Source: a virus
IMG/VR virus record: IMGVR_UViG_3300033146_004399
Span: 1-64,000 of that record
Length of the DNA stretch: 64,000 nt
Direction: 5' to 3' (one strand)
In this document: piece by piece, positions 28,763-39,400 of the stretch
Position numbering within the stretch: position 1 is the first letter of the stretch
How the letters are laid out: each line of letters opens with the position of its first letter
Notes under the pieces: model-generated
Databases searched by the model: none
What the model saw: only the letters and a program-made list of their open reading frames with translations
Told to the model about the DNA's origin: nothing
Position numbers and translations under genes: made by a program

Positions 28763-30587
28763 ATATATAACTCATATTTAATACATTTTTTGTTAAATGA
28801 AAAGTATTAGGAATAATTTTATTATTAGACTTATCAATTCCCTCATGAATTATTTCTAATAAATATTCACCATCATATATATGATTTTGTATAAATCTAT
28901 ATGGTATAGTCATAGATGGAAACATTGTATACGAAGCTAATAAAAATATTTGTTCATATATATCATGACGATTATTAATCTCATATTTTTCATTAACATT
29001 TGATATATCATTTTGCTTAAATCCATACATTGAAGCTACAAAGTCATAATGATTAAGTGAAATAATATTTTTGAATTCATTTAATATATCATTAAAAATA
29101 TTTGATACATCTACTCTTTTTAAAATATGTTGAGCATTATATAATGATTGTATTTGAGAAATTATTTCTATTACTTTATATATTGCTAATGGCAAATAAT
29201 GATATTTATTATCAGTAATAAATTTGATTTCTTTTACATAATCTTCTAATAAAGAAATATTATCCCATTTTTTATTATCCATATTATATCTATATTTTAT
29301 AGAATTTTTAAAATATATTAAACTAATAAATCTTTGATAAAAAAATGTATTAAATTTATCATGGTTTAACATTACTTTATTAATTATTTTTTCTAATCTT
29401 AGTATAATATATTCTATATTTATATTATTTTTTTTCCAACCTTGAAAAGAATATTTTCTAGCATATGATATTGCTGCAACACCTAAGATTATCATTTTAA
29501 CGTTTTCATTTTCAAGATCAACATCAGGTATATTAAAATTTTCAGATATGCAATTAATATAATCATAAATATCATAGTTTGTTTGCATATCTGCATTTCC
29601 ATATTTTTCCGGTATTAAACTATACATATCCATTCCAAACACATATAATTCTTTCATCAATTCTTTCTTATTAAAATCCATATCATATTTTGGTAATTTC
29701 ATATAAATATTTATTATTTTATATGAAACATTATTATCATTTTTAATATATTCAATCATAGCAAGATAATATCGAATTATTAGTTTTTGATAATGATAAA
29801 TATATTTTTTATTTTTAACAAAATGTAACATTTTATTTGTTACCAATAATATTGAATATATTATTTTTTCATTTGTTATATAGTTCAATAAATGAAAAAA
29901 ATTTTTAATATATTTTTTTAATAATATTTCGTTATTTTCCGTATGTATTATTACTGCTAATTCACTTAAACTATCAATATAATTAGTTTTATTAATATAC
30001 ATAAAATTTTTTATAAAAAATTTATTATTAATATCAATATCAATATTTTTAATTAAATCATTGCATGTAATATGCTTAGTAACAATTTTTGGTTCTAATA
30101 CATCAAATAATTTATCTATTCTTTCTTTTTCATTATTACCGATAATATTAAGCTCAGACTGCTCAGACTGCTCAGACTGCTCAGACTGCTCAGACTGCTC
30201 AGACTGCTCAGACTGCTCAGACTGCTTAAGCTTTATATTATTATAATCATTAATTATTAATAATTCATAAAGTGTTTCTGAATCAGTATACACTTCCACA
30301 TTTTTATTTGTTAAAACAATAAAATCAAATATATATTTGTTGATTGTACTTATAAACAAATGCGTATCAATATCAAAACTTAAAGCTGATAATATTTTAA
30401 TATACAAATTTCCTTCAGCATTATACTGTTTTAAACTTTGATACCATTCTTTGTTATATTTATTTATAGTAAATCTTAAATATTCTTCTTTTGTAATATT
30501 TCCATATTGTTTAATTAAATCTATAATATATGCAGGATTAAATCCCTTAGCTTTTTTATTACATTTATCATAAAATACTTTATTCAT
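28755..30587 (-). CDS. Large hypothetical protein with (QSE)8 insert
   Basis: 610-aa ORF overlapping the start of the downstream paralog. Confidence 0.65.
   Translation of the reverse strand: MNKVFYDKCNKKAKGFNPAYIIDLIKQYGNITKEEYLRFTINKYNKEWYQSLKQYNAEGNLYIKILSALSFDIDTHLFISTINKYIFDFIVLTNKNVEVYTDSETLYELLIINDYNNIKLKQSEQSEQSEQSEQSEQSEQSEQSELNIIGNNEKERIDKLFDVLEPKIVTKHITCNDLIKNIDIDINNKFFIKNFMYINKTNYIDSLSELAVIIHTENNEILLKKYIKNFFHLLNYITNEKIIYSILLVTNKMLHFVKNKKYIYHYQKLIIRYYLAMIEYIKNDNNVSYKIINIYMKLPKYDMDFNKKELMKELYVFGMDMYSLIPEKYGNADMQTNYDIYDYINCISENFNIPDVDLENENVKMIILGVAAISYARKYSFQGWKKNNINIEYIILRLEKIINKVMLNHDKFNTFFYQRFISLIYFKNSIKYRYNMDNKKWDNISLLEDYVKEIKFITDNKYHYLPLAIYKVIEIISQIQSLYNAQHILKRVDVSNIFNDILNEFKNIISLNHYDFVASMYGFKQNDISNVNEKYEINNRHDIYEQIFLLASYTMFPSMTIPYRFIQNHIYDGEYLLEIIHEGIDKSNNKIIPNTFHLTKNVLNMSYIYV
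30152..30226 (-). repeat. 9-bp tandem repeat, 8 perfect copies (GCTCAGACT)
   Basis: Read directly; encodes QSE x8 in frame. Confidence 0.95.
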
Positions 30588-30608
30588 ATTATTATATATG
30601 CTTTTAAG

Positions 30609-30628
30609 CCCCCCGATTTTTCGGGGAA
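30609..30628 (-). terminator. GC-rich hairpin, putative terminator after the tail-fibre gene
   Basis: CCCCGA-TTTT-TCGGGG stem-loop just downstream of the 30639 stop. Confidence 0.6.
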
Positions 30629-30638
30629 CTTAAAGATA

Positions 30639-33344
30639 TTAAGCCATTAATATTAATACTTCTACTCTTTGTGGAGAAGAATCTGTTTTTTCTTCCATTA
30701 CTTTAGCAAATACTTTACCAAGTCCATCTTCAGTATTTTGCTTAACTGTACCAAATCCAACCTTTTCAGAAGTTATCAATAAGTCGCCGAAAAAACAAGG
30801 TTCTTCAACCCACACCCATACTCTACCAGATAATCCAACTGGTACCTTACCTTCACTTTTTTCATCACCACCTAAAGCATAACCATAAGAATCTGAATAA
30901 ACACCAACAACCGTTCCATCACCCCTTTTACTTGCAGGTTTGACACCATCAGCAGTTTGAACTAATACTTGTCCAACTTCACATTCTTCGGCAGCTGGAA
31001 AAAATTCTGCAAGGTCATTGTAAACTGCGTTATAAACTCTTGTTGCATAAAAATAACCATCATAGTTAAGTCTCGTCGAAGATGAAGGGGCTGTAGCTCC
31101 ACCATAAAGTTTACCAGCTGCTTTTGTGTTTCCGTTGTAAGCAAGAAAACCAACACTTGCAGTACCAGCAGCATAATCTGGTAGAGTAGCATTGCTATGT
31201 GTATGCGAATCATTATTAACCGCTGCGCTTATTGCTATATTAGCACTTCCATCGAAGGCAACTGCAGTTGCAGTTATATCACCAGTAATATCAATAGTTC
31301 TAGCAGTTGCTAATTTAGTAGCTGTAGAAGCATTACCCGTAAGAGTACCACTTATGCCTGCAGAAGCTGTAACAGCTTTAGAAAGTGTAATGAGTGAAGG
31401 TGTAAGAGTCATCACATTTGCAAGTGCAGCTGTTTCACCAACTGCTTGAGAAGTAGGTGTTATCTTAAAACTCCAGATACCGTTAGTTTGGTCCCAAATT
31501 TCATGAAATCCATATCCAGTTTCTGTCATCTCGTGTTGCGAATTGATAAATCTGTTACCAATTCTAAAATTAAAGTTACCACCGCCGTCGTTTGATGTTA
31601 TTTGATGCTTTCCAGCTTCAAACAATATACCTCCACCTAAGCCACCACTTACTTCCAAACCAGTTACTTCAAGATCAGTACCGTTAAATTTTATAGCTGC
31701 TGTTGTTTTAAAACTTTGAGAAGTTCCATCCCAATAAGGTACTCCATTTGTTATAGGCGTGTCTTCTCTTGTTGCTACTGCTTGAAGGGAACCTACCATA
31801 CCAACTTCAAAGGTATCGCTTGCTTCATCGAAAAGGAATTGATAATTTGTTTCTGTACCTCTTTCAATTTCCAACCCAGCATTTTGTGAAGGAGTACCAG
31901 CTTCATTACTATTAAGAATGATTATATTATCAGCCATAGCAATAGTTTCAGTATTAATAGTGGTAGTGGTGCCGGAAACAGTTAAATCACCTTGAACTAT
32001 AAGAGAGCCAGACATAGTATCACCATTTATATTAATAAATCTAGCATCACTTTCAGTCTCTGTATAATATCTAGTATCATGAGTATGTGAATCATTGTTA
32101 ACTGATGCGGTGATTGTTATATTAGTACTCCCATCAAAAATTACCGCATCTGATGTTATATCACCACTAATATTAATAGTTCTACCTGTTTCAAGTATTG
32201 TCGCTGTTGAAGCATTACCATTTATTGTATTTATATAAGCTGAAGAAAATATTTGTGTAGCAGAACCTATGTTTCTTACAGAAATATTGCCAATTGCACC
32301 AGTCATTTCTGGGAGTATATCACCATCAATAAATATACCAGTATCCGAAGTTAACGTTATTGTTTCTCCGGTAGGAGTTTCCATATTAATAGCTGCAGGC
32401 GAAACTGCGCCTGATAAAACAACTTCATTGTATGTAGAGCCGTCATAACTAACATTGAACGTGTCGTTGGTACCAGATATAGCGACTCCACCTAAATAAA
32501 TAGTGTTAGCGGCAAAATGACCTTCATCAGCATAAACATTACCAAAAGGTTTTGTTGCAGAACCCAAATCAACAGCATTAGTATTAGGGATAATATTATG
32601 TACAACAGCATTCAAAGACGTAGCTGTTATTGCTGTGTTAAAATCTAATTGATTTGAATCTATACCATCATGATCGTGACCTGATTGACCAAAGAATTTT
32701 TCATCAACATATATTTTAGTTGCATAATTTACTAAGTCTGAAGCTGAATTTATAACAGCTGTTAATTTTTGATCTGGTCCTTCAATATTATATGTAAATT
32801 GAATTTTATCAGTTTGTGGATCCCCATCTGAATAAATAAGATAATCATTCCCTGAACCTTGCTCTTGTAAAACACCATTTAAAAAAACCATAAGGTTTGA
32901 CCCATCTGCCGCAGCAGTATCTGAACCTAAATCAAAAATACTACCTGTTCCTTGGGGATCATTATCATCAACACCAGTCCAATTTGTAGCTTCATAAGAC
33001 ATTTTTAATACTAATTCTCTATCTTCATCACCTGAAGCAACACCAGTACCTGCTATTAATTGGTGATAAGGTTCTGTTGATAAACCAATCCACAATTCAT
33101 TCGTATTAATATCATAATACATTTGACCTGCCTGAGAGCCATCCCAAATTGGAAGTTCTGCAGTTGTAACCATCTTGATAAGACCTTCGGTTATCCAACC
33201 AGTAGCATCATTTTGCCATGCTTCTATTTTAGATTGTTTAATTTCTGCGTCATTTGCTATATGTGCGTTAGTAAGTCTGTGATCTATCCCATTAACTATA
33301 TCATTACCAATACCAAATATTTGTTCTGCTCGTAATCTCGGCAT
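30639..33344 (-). CDS. Tail-fibre-like protein with a C-terminal peptidase G2/IMC-like chaperone domain
   Basis: GNASTAT.L.T.RTI.I.GDIT...FDGS..I.I.A.VNNDSHTH repeated twice; HTHDTRYYTETE; NAGLEIERG; C-terminal NDLAEFF...VGVYSD...VPVGLSGRVWV...GDLLITS. Confidence 0.75.
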   Translation of the reverse strand: MPRLRAEQIFGIGNDIVNGIDHRLTNAHIANDAEIKQSKIEAWQNDATGWITEGLIKMVTTAELPIWDGSQAGQMYYDINTNELWIGLSTEPYHQLIAGTGVASGDEDRELVLKMSYEATNWTGVDDNDPQGTGSIFDLGSDTAAADGSNLMVFLNGVLQEQGSGNDYLIYSDGDPQTDKIQFTYNIEGPDQKLTAVINSASDLVNYATKIYVDEKFFGQSGHDHDGIDSNQLDFNTAITATSLNAVVHNIIPNTNAVDLGSATKPFGNVYADEGHFAANTIYLGGVAISGTNDTFNVSYDGSTYNEVVLSGAVSPAAINMETPTGETITLTSDTGIFIDGDILPEMTGAIGNISVRNIGSATQIFSSAYINTINGNASTATILETGRTINISGDITSDAVIFDGSTNITITASVNNDSHTHDTRYYTETESDARFININGDTMSGSLIVQGDLTVSGTTTTINTETIAMADNIIILNSNEAGTPSQNAGLEIERGTETNYQFLFDEASDTFEVGMVGSLQAVATREDTPITNGVPYWDGTSQSFKTTAAIKFNGTDLEVTGLEVSGGLGGGILFEAGKHQITSNDGGGNFNFRIGNRFINSQHEMTETGYGFHEIWDQTNGIWSFKITPTSQAVGETAALANVMTLTPSLITLSKAVTASAGISGTLTGNASTATKLATARTIDITGDITATAVAFDGSANIAISAAVNNDSHTHSNATLPDYAAGTASVGFLAYNGNTKAAGKLYGGATAPSSSTRLNYDGYFYATRVYNAVYNDLAEFFPAAEECEVGQVLVQTADGVKPASKRGDGTVVGVYSDSYGYALGGDEKSEGKVPVGLSGRVWVWVEEPCFFGDLLITSEKVGFGTVKQNTEDGLGKVFAKVMEEKTDSSPQRVEVLILMA

Positions 33345-33387
33345 CTTATATCTCCTCTATGATAAATTTTTAATTTAATTTTCTAAT

Positions 33388-33398
33388 ATATCTTTACA
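33388..33398 (-). promoter_or_regulatory. Candidate late promoter TGTAAAGATAT upstream of the 901-aa fibre
   Basis: Recurring motif, placed just after the upstream terminator. Confidence 0.5.
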
Positions 33399-33426
33399 AA
33401 TAGAATGCCTTTGTGAGCATTTTTAT

Positions 33427-33459
33427 AAAAAAAGAGCCAGGAAAATCTCCTGGCTCTTT
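33427..33459 (-). terminator. Intrinsic terminator after the 2300-aa gene
   Basis: AAAGAGCCAGGA-AAATC-TCCTGGCTCTTT stem, followed by a U-tract on the - strand. Confidence 0.85.
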
Positions 33460-33479
33460 AAGTTCAATTAAATCAATTA

Positions 33480-36400
33480 CTATGCAGTAGCTGATCTATT
33501 ATAAGTACAATCAAACACAATATGATCAGTTACACTTAAAGCAATAGCGTCAACAGCGTTAGCCGCGGTGGCCCAAGTGAAGTCTGAGGTTGAGTGATCG
33601 TTGTTAAATGTTACATATTTTTCGCCAGAAGCTTGATCATAGATATATCCCCATTCTGAATCGGAGAGTCTTAAACCATTTAAATATACAACAAGATAAA
33701 CACCATATGTAGCTCTTAACTGACTAGGTGTTAGTGCGAGGTTTGAACCTCCACCAGGTAAGTCATAAGCATCATTTGTACCAGCAGCAGCAACAGCAAG
33801 ACCGTTAAAAGTAAATGTTTCATCTGAAACCTGAAGGTAAGCTTTAGATACATCAGTAGAACTGAGTGTAGGAGCTTCCATGTAAGATTTCTTAGATACA
33901 TCACCAGTATTACTATATGCTCTGTTAATAGCATCGTAAATTGATACAGGAGCAGAAGCTTGAGCATCAAACGTAAAGGCAACGTTTGAAGGATCAGTAA
34001 GTGGCATAGCAGCAGCCATATCCCAATCTTTAAATGCTATTCCACCAGAACCAATTGTCTGGAGAGTTAAATCAGCAGCAGTTGTTCTAATAAAAGAATT
34101 AGCAGCACCGTCAAGAGTGAAAGCGCCAGAAGCATTCATATCGAATGTAGTAACATTTTGAGTTAATGTTGTTGAAGTTTCAACTATATCACCGGCAGAT
34201 GTAATATTAACATCACCAGAAGTAGTAGTACTAAGAGTTAGTGCAGCACCATCAACTGTAAAATTAGAAGCAGAAGAAGCATCAAGTGAAATACCACCAG
34301 CCATAAGAGCATCAAAAGTTGTACCATCAATATCAAAAGTAACAGCATCCATATCCATAACTGCAGCAGTTACAAGATTAAGTCCGGTTGCACCGTCAAC
34401 AGTAACTGTGGACGCACCGTCAACAAGAACAGCATTATTAGCAACAATATCAAATGTTGAAGTACTAATATCAAAATCTGCAGTAGCAAGACTTATTTTT
34501 GAAGTTGTGCTTACAAAGAATTCAGCATCGCCCATAGGTCTAGCAGAACCATGTACATAATCCCAATCAACGCCTTCGGCAGTTGCAAGACCTTGAACTT
34601 TAACAATAGCAGTTCTATTAGTATCAAGTATGTGAATATGTTCATTTAATTTAAAGAAAGTGCCCGCAGCTTTAGCAGCTAAAAATGTAGCTTCATCAGT
34701 ATAAGTTTTACCACCACCACCTGCAAGAGCAAGACCTTCTAACATAGCTTGAAGATTTGAATCGTCACCTACAGAACCACCAGTTGGTAGAATACCAGTT
34801 ATACCATCAACACCAATAAGGTTTGCACCAGCAGCTGTACCAAAAGCAGCACCTTGTGTAGATAATAATTCGATGTATTCCCACATATCTTCTCTATTAA
34901 CGTTAATAGCGCCAAGTACAGAAGTAATAGCATCTGTTCCAGTTTCTCGTGTGGTAAAATCAAAATCAGTTTGAGAATTATAAGCAAAATCAGTTACAAG
35001 ACCATCAACGAGATTTTGAGCGAACGTAATAGGAACTGTTTGATATTGATCACTGAATGTAACGTTAGCAGCAGAATCAATAACAACATCACCAGAAGTA
35101 GCAGTACTTACAGTTAAATTAGCACCGTTTACGTTAATTGAAGAAGCAGCATCAGCTTCAGCAACAAGAGCACCAGTTCCAGCTTCGATTGTAATACCAA
35201 CAGCAGTTAAGCTAGCAGCATCAGCAGAAGAAAGAGCTAAGTGTGTTCCACCAGTTCCAGCAGCAGCGATGTTAATATCGGTACCGTCGGCATCAATAGA
35301 ACCATCAAGGTCCATATCACCAACAACTTGCGTAGCACCAGTTTGAAGGAGTATACCAGTTGTATTTATATTTGTGGCGCCTAAGTCAAAGGAAGAAGCA
35401 GCAACAACATCCATACCACCAGCAGAAGTAATGCTTACAGCATCAGCTGCAGTAGCAGTTGTATTAATTAAGAAAGTATAGTTACCTGATTGATCAAATG
35501 AACCATCAAGGTCTAAATCACCAACTATTTGAGCATTACCAGTTTGTGTAAGTACACCAGTTGTATCAATAGCAGGAGCATCAACAGTTACAGAAGTAAC
35601 AGCATCAATGTCTACAGTAGTAGCAGCAGATATACCGACATTACCAGAAGTTGTAGTTGAAAGAGTTAAATTAGCTTCGGCAACAGTAAAATTTGAAGCA
35701 ACAGTTGAATCAAGTTCGATACCAGCAGCATCAACGTCGACCTTAAGAGTCGCATTAACATCAATTCCGCCACCAGTAGAATTAATAAATATTGAATCGG
35801 CATCTGATGAGCCAGCTATATTTAACTTAATTTGTTCATCAGTAATTAAAAGTTGTTTTAACCCGTCACTAGTAGCAATATCAACATCTCCACCAGTATT
35901 ACCCGCTCTTACTAATACTGTACCGTCAATACCAATAAATCCTACGGAGTTTGCAGCTAACGAATTTCCAAATGTCATTTTAGAAGCAAGGAATGACACT
36001 CCACCAGTTGTATCAATTTTTACAGAATCAGCAGCAGAACCAGCAGTAACAACAAATTTAGCTGTATCAACAGCATCAGCAAGTATAAATGATTTAGTAG
36101 TATCCATTGTAAAGGTAACATCTGTGTCATCGACGTCAACTGCAGAACCACCATCATATGCAATATCCATACTTATAGTAGTTGACCCGGTAGCAGATGT
36201 CATAATAGTTTCAAATTGTGTGTTAGAATGATTATAAAGTTCCCACGTGTCAGTGCTTTCATTCCATTTAATTTGTGCGTTAGTTTCATCACCTCTTTCA
36301 ACTGTATAAAAAGCATCAAGAGTAGGAGAGCCAGTAACATTTGTATTAAGAACGATTTGATTATCAGCAACCAATAAATCTTGTGAATTAATAGTAGTTG

Positions 36401-39400
36401 TTGTACCAGTAACATTTAAATCACCAAGAATTTCAACTGTATCTTGGTTAATTCTCATAAGGTCAGAAGTAGCTGTACCTTCAGATCTAAATATAATTTG
36501 ATCATTATCTTCATCACCAACAGTAAATACAAGGTTGGAAAAGTAAGTTGTAAAATAATCTGTAGCAGCGCCAGAACCAGTTTCAAGCATAGCAGCATCA
36601 AAGAATATATCTGATTCTTCGGTACCAGCATTAACAATTTGAACAACTATATCTTCGTTAGTAGCACCAGCAACAGCAACCGCTTCATATCTTACCCACG
36701 CACCAGTAGCAGCACCAGTTGCAATAAGCTCAACAGCAGTTCCACCACCAAGACTAACTTGTACAGGAGCAGCGTTTACACCTTTAGCGTAAATTGAAAA
36801 CACATAACTAGCAGCATCAGTAAGAGGAGCATCAGCAGTTTGTGTAAGAATAGCAACAGTTCCAGCAGCAGCAGGAGCAGCGTTAAAATATCTTAAAGAA
36901 TAAGCATTATAAAACTGTTCAGCACCTGTTCTAAGGGCTTCAGCATCTTGTGTCCAGTTATCAGCGACAACAGCAGAACCAGCTTCAAAACCACTATTAA
37001 CAAGTAGGTTGGCAACATTTAAATCACCACCACGAGTACCTGTAATTGTAGCATAATCGGAAGGGTCTACAGAAGTAATATTAATTTTATCGACATAAAG
37101 CTGTTTATTAGATTCGATAACTACGTCGCCGTGGATATCTACCAGCGGAGCGTTAAGATCAACTTCTACTTCAGAGTTAACTTGAACTTGACCTGTGCCA
37201 GTTGTATTCATAATAATATTATCATTAAGAGCACCAGTCGCAGTAAGTTGTCCATCAATAGTAATTGTAGTTGCATTAATGTCTACAACATCAGCTGTAA
37301 TATCAGCTTCGGTATCACTAGTTGTGATAGCAGCACCACCAGTAGTTGCCATAGAAGCAGTTTGTCCTGTAGCAGAATGTAAATCTAATGAACCGTTAAT
37401 ATTAAGTTTAACTTGATTACCAGAATCATCAGTAAGAGCAATACCTTCATCAGAATTGATAATAACACCGCCAACCGTTTCAATAGTAAAAGAATCAATA
37501 CCAGTATCAGTAAGTGTAGAGTTAAAAGTAGCACCATCATGGTCAATAGAACCATCAAGATCCATATCACCAATAACTTGTGTAGCACCTGTTTGTGTTA
37601 AAATACCGTCAGTTGTAATGTTAGTAGCGTCTATGTCTACAAGAGCTCCGCCATTAATTTGAACTTCAGTATCAGAATCGATAAATACTTCTTTACCAGC
37701 ACCTGCGTTAATATCAATAATTCCACCAGTAAGGTCGATTTCATCAGCAGCAGAAAGTTGAATTTGACCAGTTCCAGAAGTTGTAACAACCATGTTATCG
37801 TCAGCAGCACCAGTTGCAGTTAATTGACCGTCCATAGTAATAGCAGCACCATCAATATCTACAAGAGTTCCACCATTAAGTTCAATTTCAGTATCAGAAG
37901 CTACAGTAATTGTTTGACCAGCAGCAGAATCTATATCAACTTGACCAACAGCACTTATATTTACATGAGCACCAGAGTCATCAGCAAGAATTAAACCACC
38001 ATCAACGTTTACAGTCATAGCACCAGTCGTATCGACAGTAACAGCATCAGAAGTTACATTAAATTCATCTCCGCCCATAGGTTCATTAGAACCCCATAAA
38101 TAATCCCAATCTGTTCCTTCAACAAGAGCAGTGGTTCCAGTTTTAACTATAACATATCTGTTTGTATCTAATACATAAACTATTTCATTATTTTTAAAAT
38201 ACATTCCAGAAGCTTTTTCATCAAGTAAATTACCAGGGTTAGTTGGATCACCACTTTCTGTACCACCAGCTCCAGTTCCTAATGAAGGAAATACTTTTCC
38301 ACCAGCAGAGCCAAGTGCAATACCTTCTAACATAGCTTGTACTGTAGCATCGCCACCAAGAGTTCCACCTGTTGGGATAACGCCAGTAATACCAGTTGCA
38401 CCAACTTGGTCAGCACCAGCGGAACCGTCAAGAGTTGCAGGGAGTGTTGTGTTTATTAAGTAATAAAGGTCGTCAGCATTCTCATTAATACCACCAATAA
38501 TAGAAGTAGCAGTATCAAAATTAGCAGAAAGACTAGTTGTTCCACTTTGTGAAAGAGGAAGCGCAGCGCCAAGGAAACTATCTTTAACAAGAAGATTAGC
38601 AACAGATTTAACTGTTAAATCTCCAGAAGTTACAGTTTCAATATTAAGTGGAGCACCAGTTGTTTTAAAAGATGAAGCAGCAGTACCATCAATGGTTACG
38701 TTTGCAGCATCAATATCTACACCGTCAACAGCATTAAGTATAACGTTACCAGAAGTAGTTGTTATAATAGAAGTGTCAGCACCAACATTTGTAAACACAG
38801 AATTATCAGCAGCGTTTACTGTAAAACGTGCAACATCAAACTCAACCACATCACCAGTCGCTAATGCTTCTACATTAATTAAATTAGTAGCGCCAGTATC
38901 AGCTGTAATTTTAAATGATTTAGTATCAGTTAATTGCCAATCAACAAGCGTGTCATCAACAGCAACTACAGAACCATCATCATAAGCATCATCAAGAGAA
39001 AAGTTAATATTTGCTGTACCATCAAGTATATTATCAATATCACCTTGTAATTCTTCAAGAGCATTTTGAACTGTGGCAGAAGCCATAGAACCTGTTGGTG
39101 TTACTCCAACTAAATCAGCACCAGAAGAACCATTAGACGTAGATATAAGTTCACTTTCTAAAAAGTATCTTGTATCAAGTTTAGCTGTACCTGTATCTGT
39201 ACCTGGATTAGGGTCAATTTCACTTTCAGTATAATATCTATTATCTAATTGTCCGCCATCCATTTGTGTTTTATTATAGTATCTGTTATCTAATTGTCCA
39301 GATTCTAATTCAATTTTTGTGTAATAAAGATCATGGTGGTTATGTGAACCAGAAATACCTACAACATCTGCAAATCCAATACCAGTAATAAAAGCAGTAT

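Noticed and set aside
30061-30246. + strand ORF with (SDC)8, resembling a Cys-rich rSAM substrate
   Set aside because: It is the antisense reading of the 9-bp microsatellite inside a long - strand gene, with no independent start signals.
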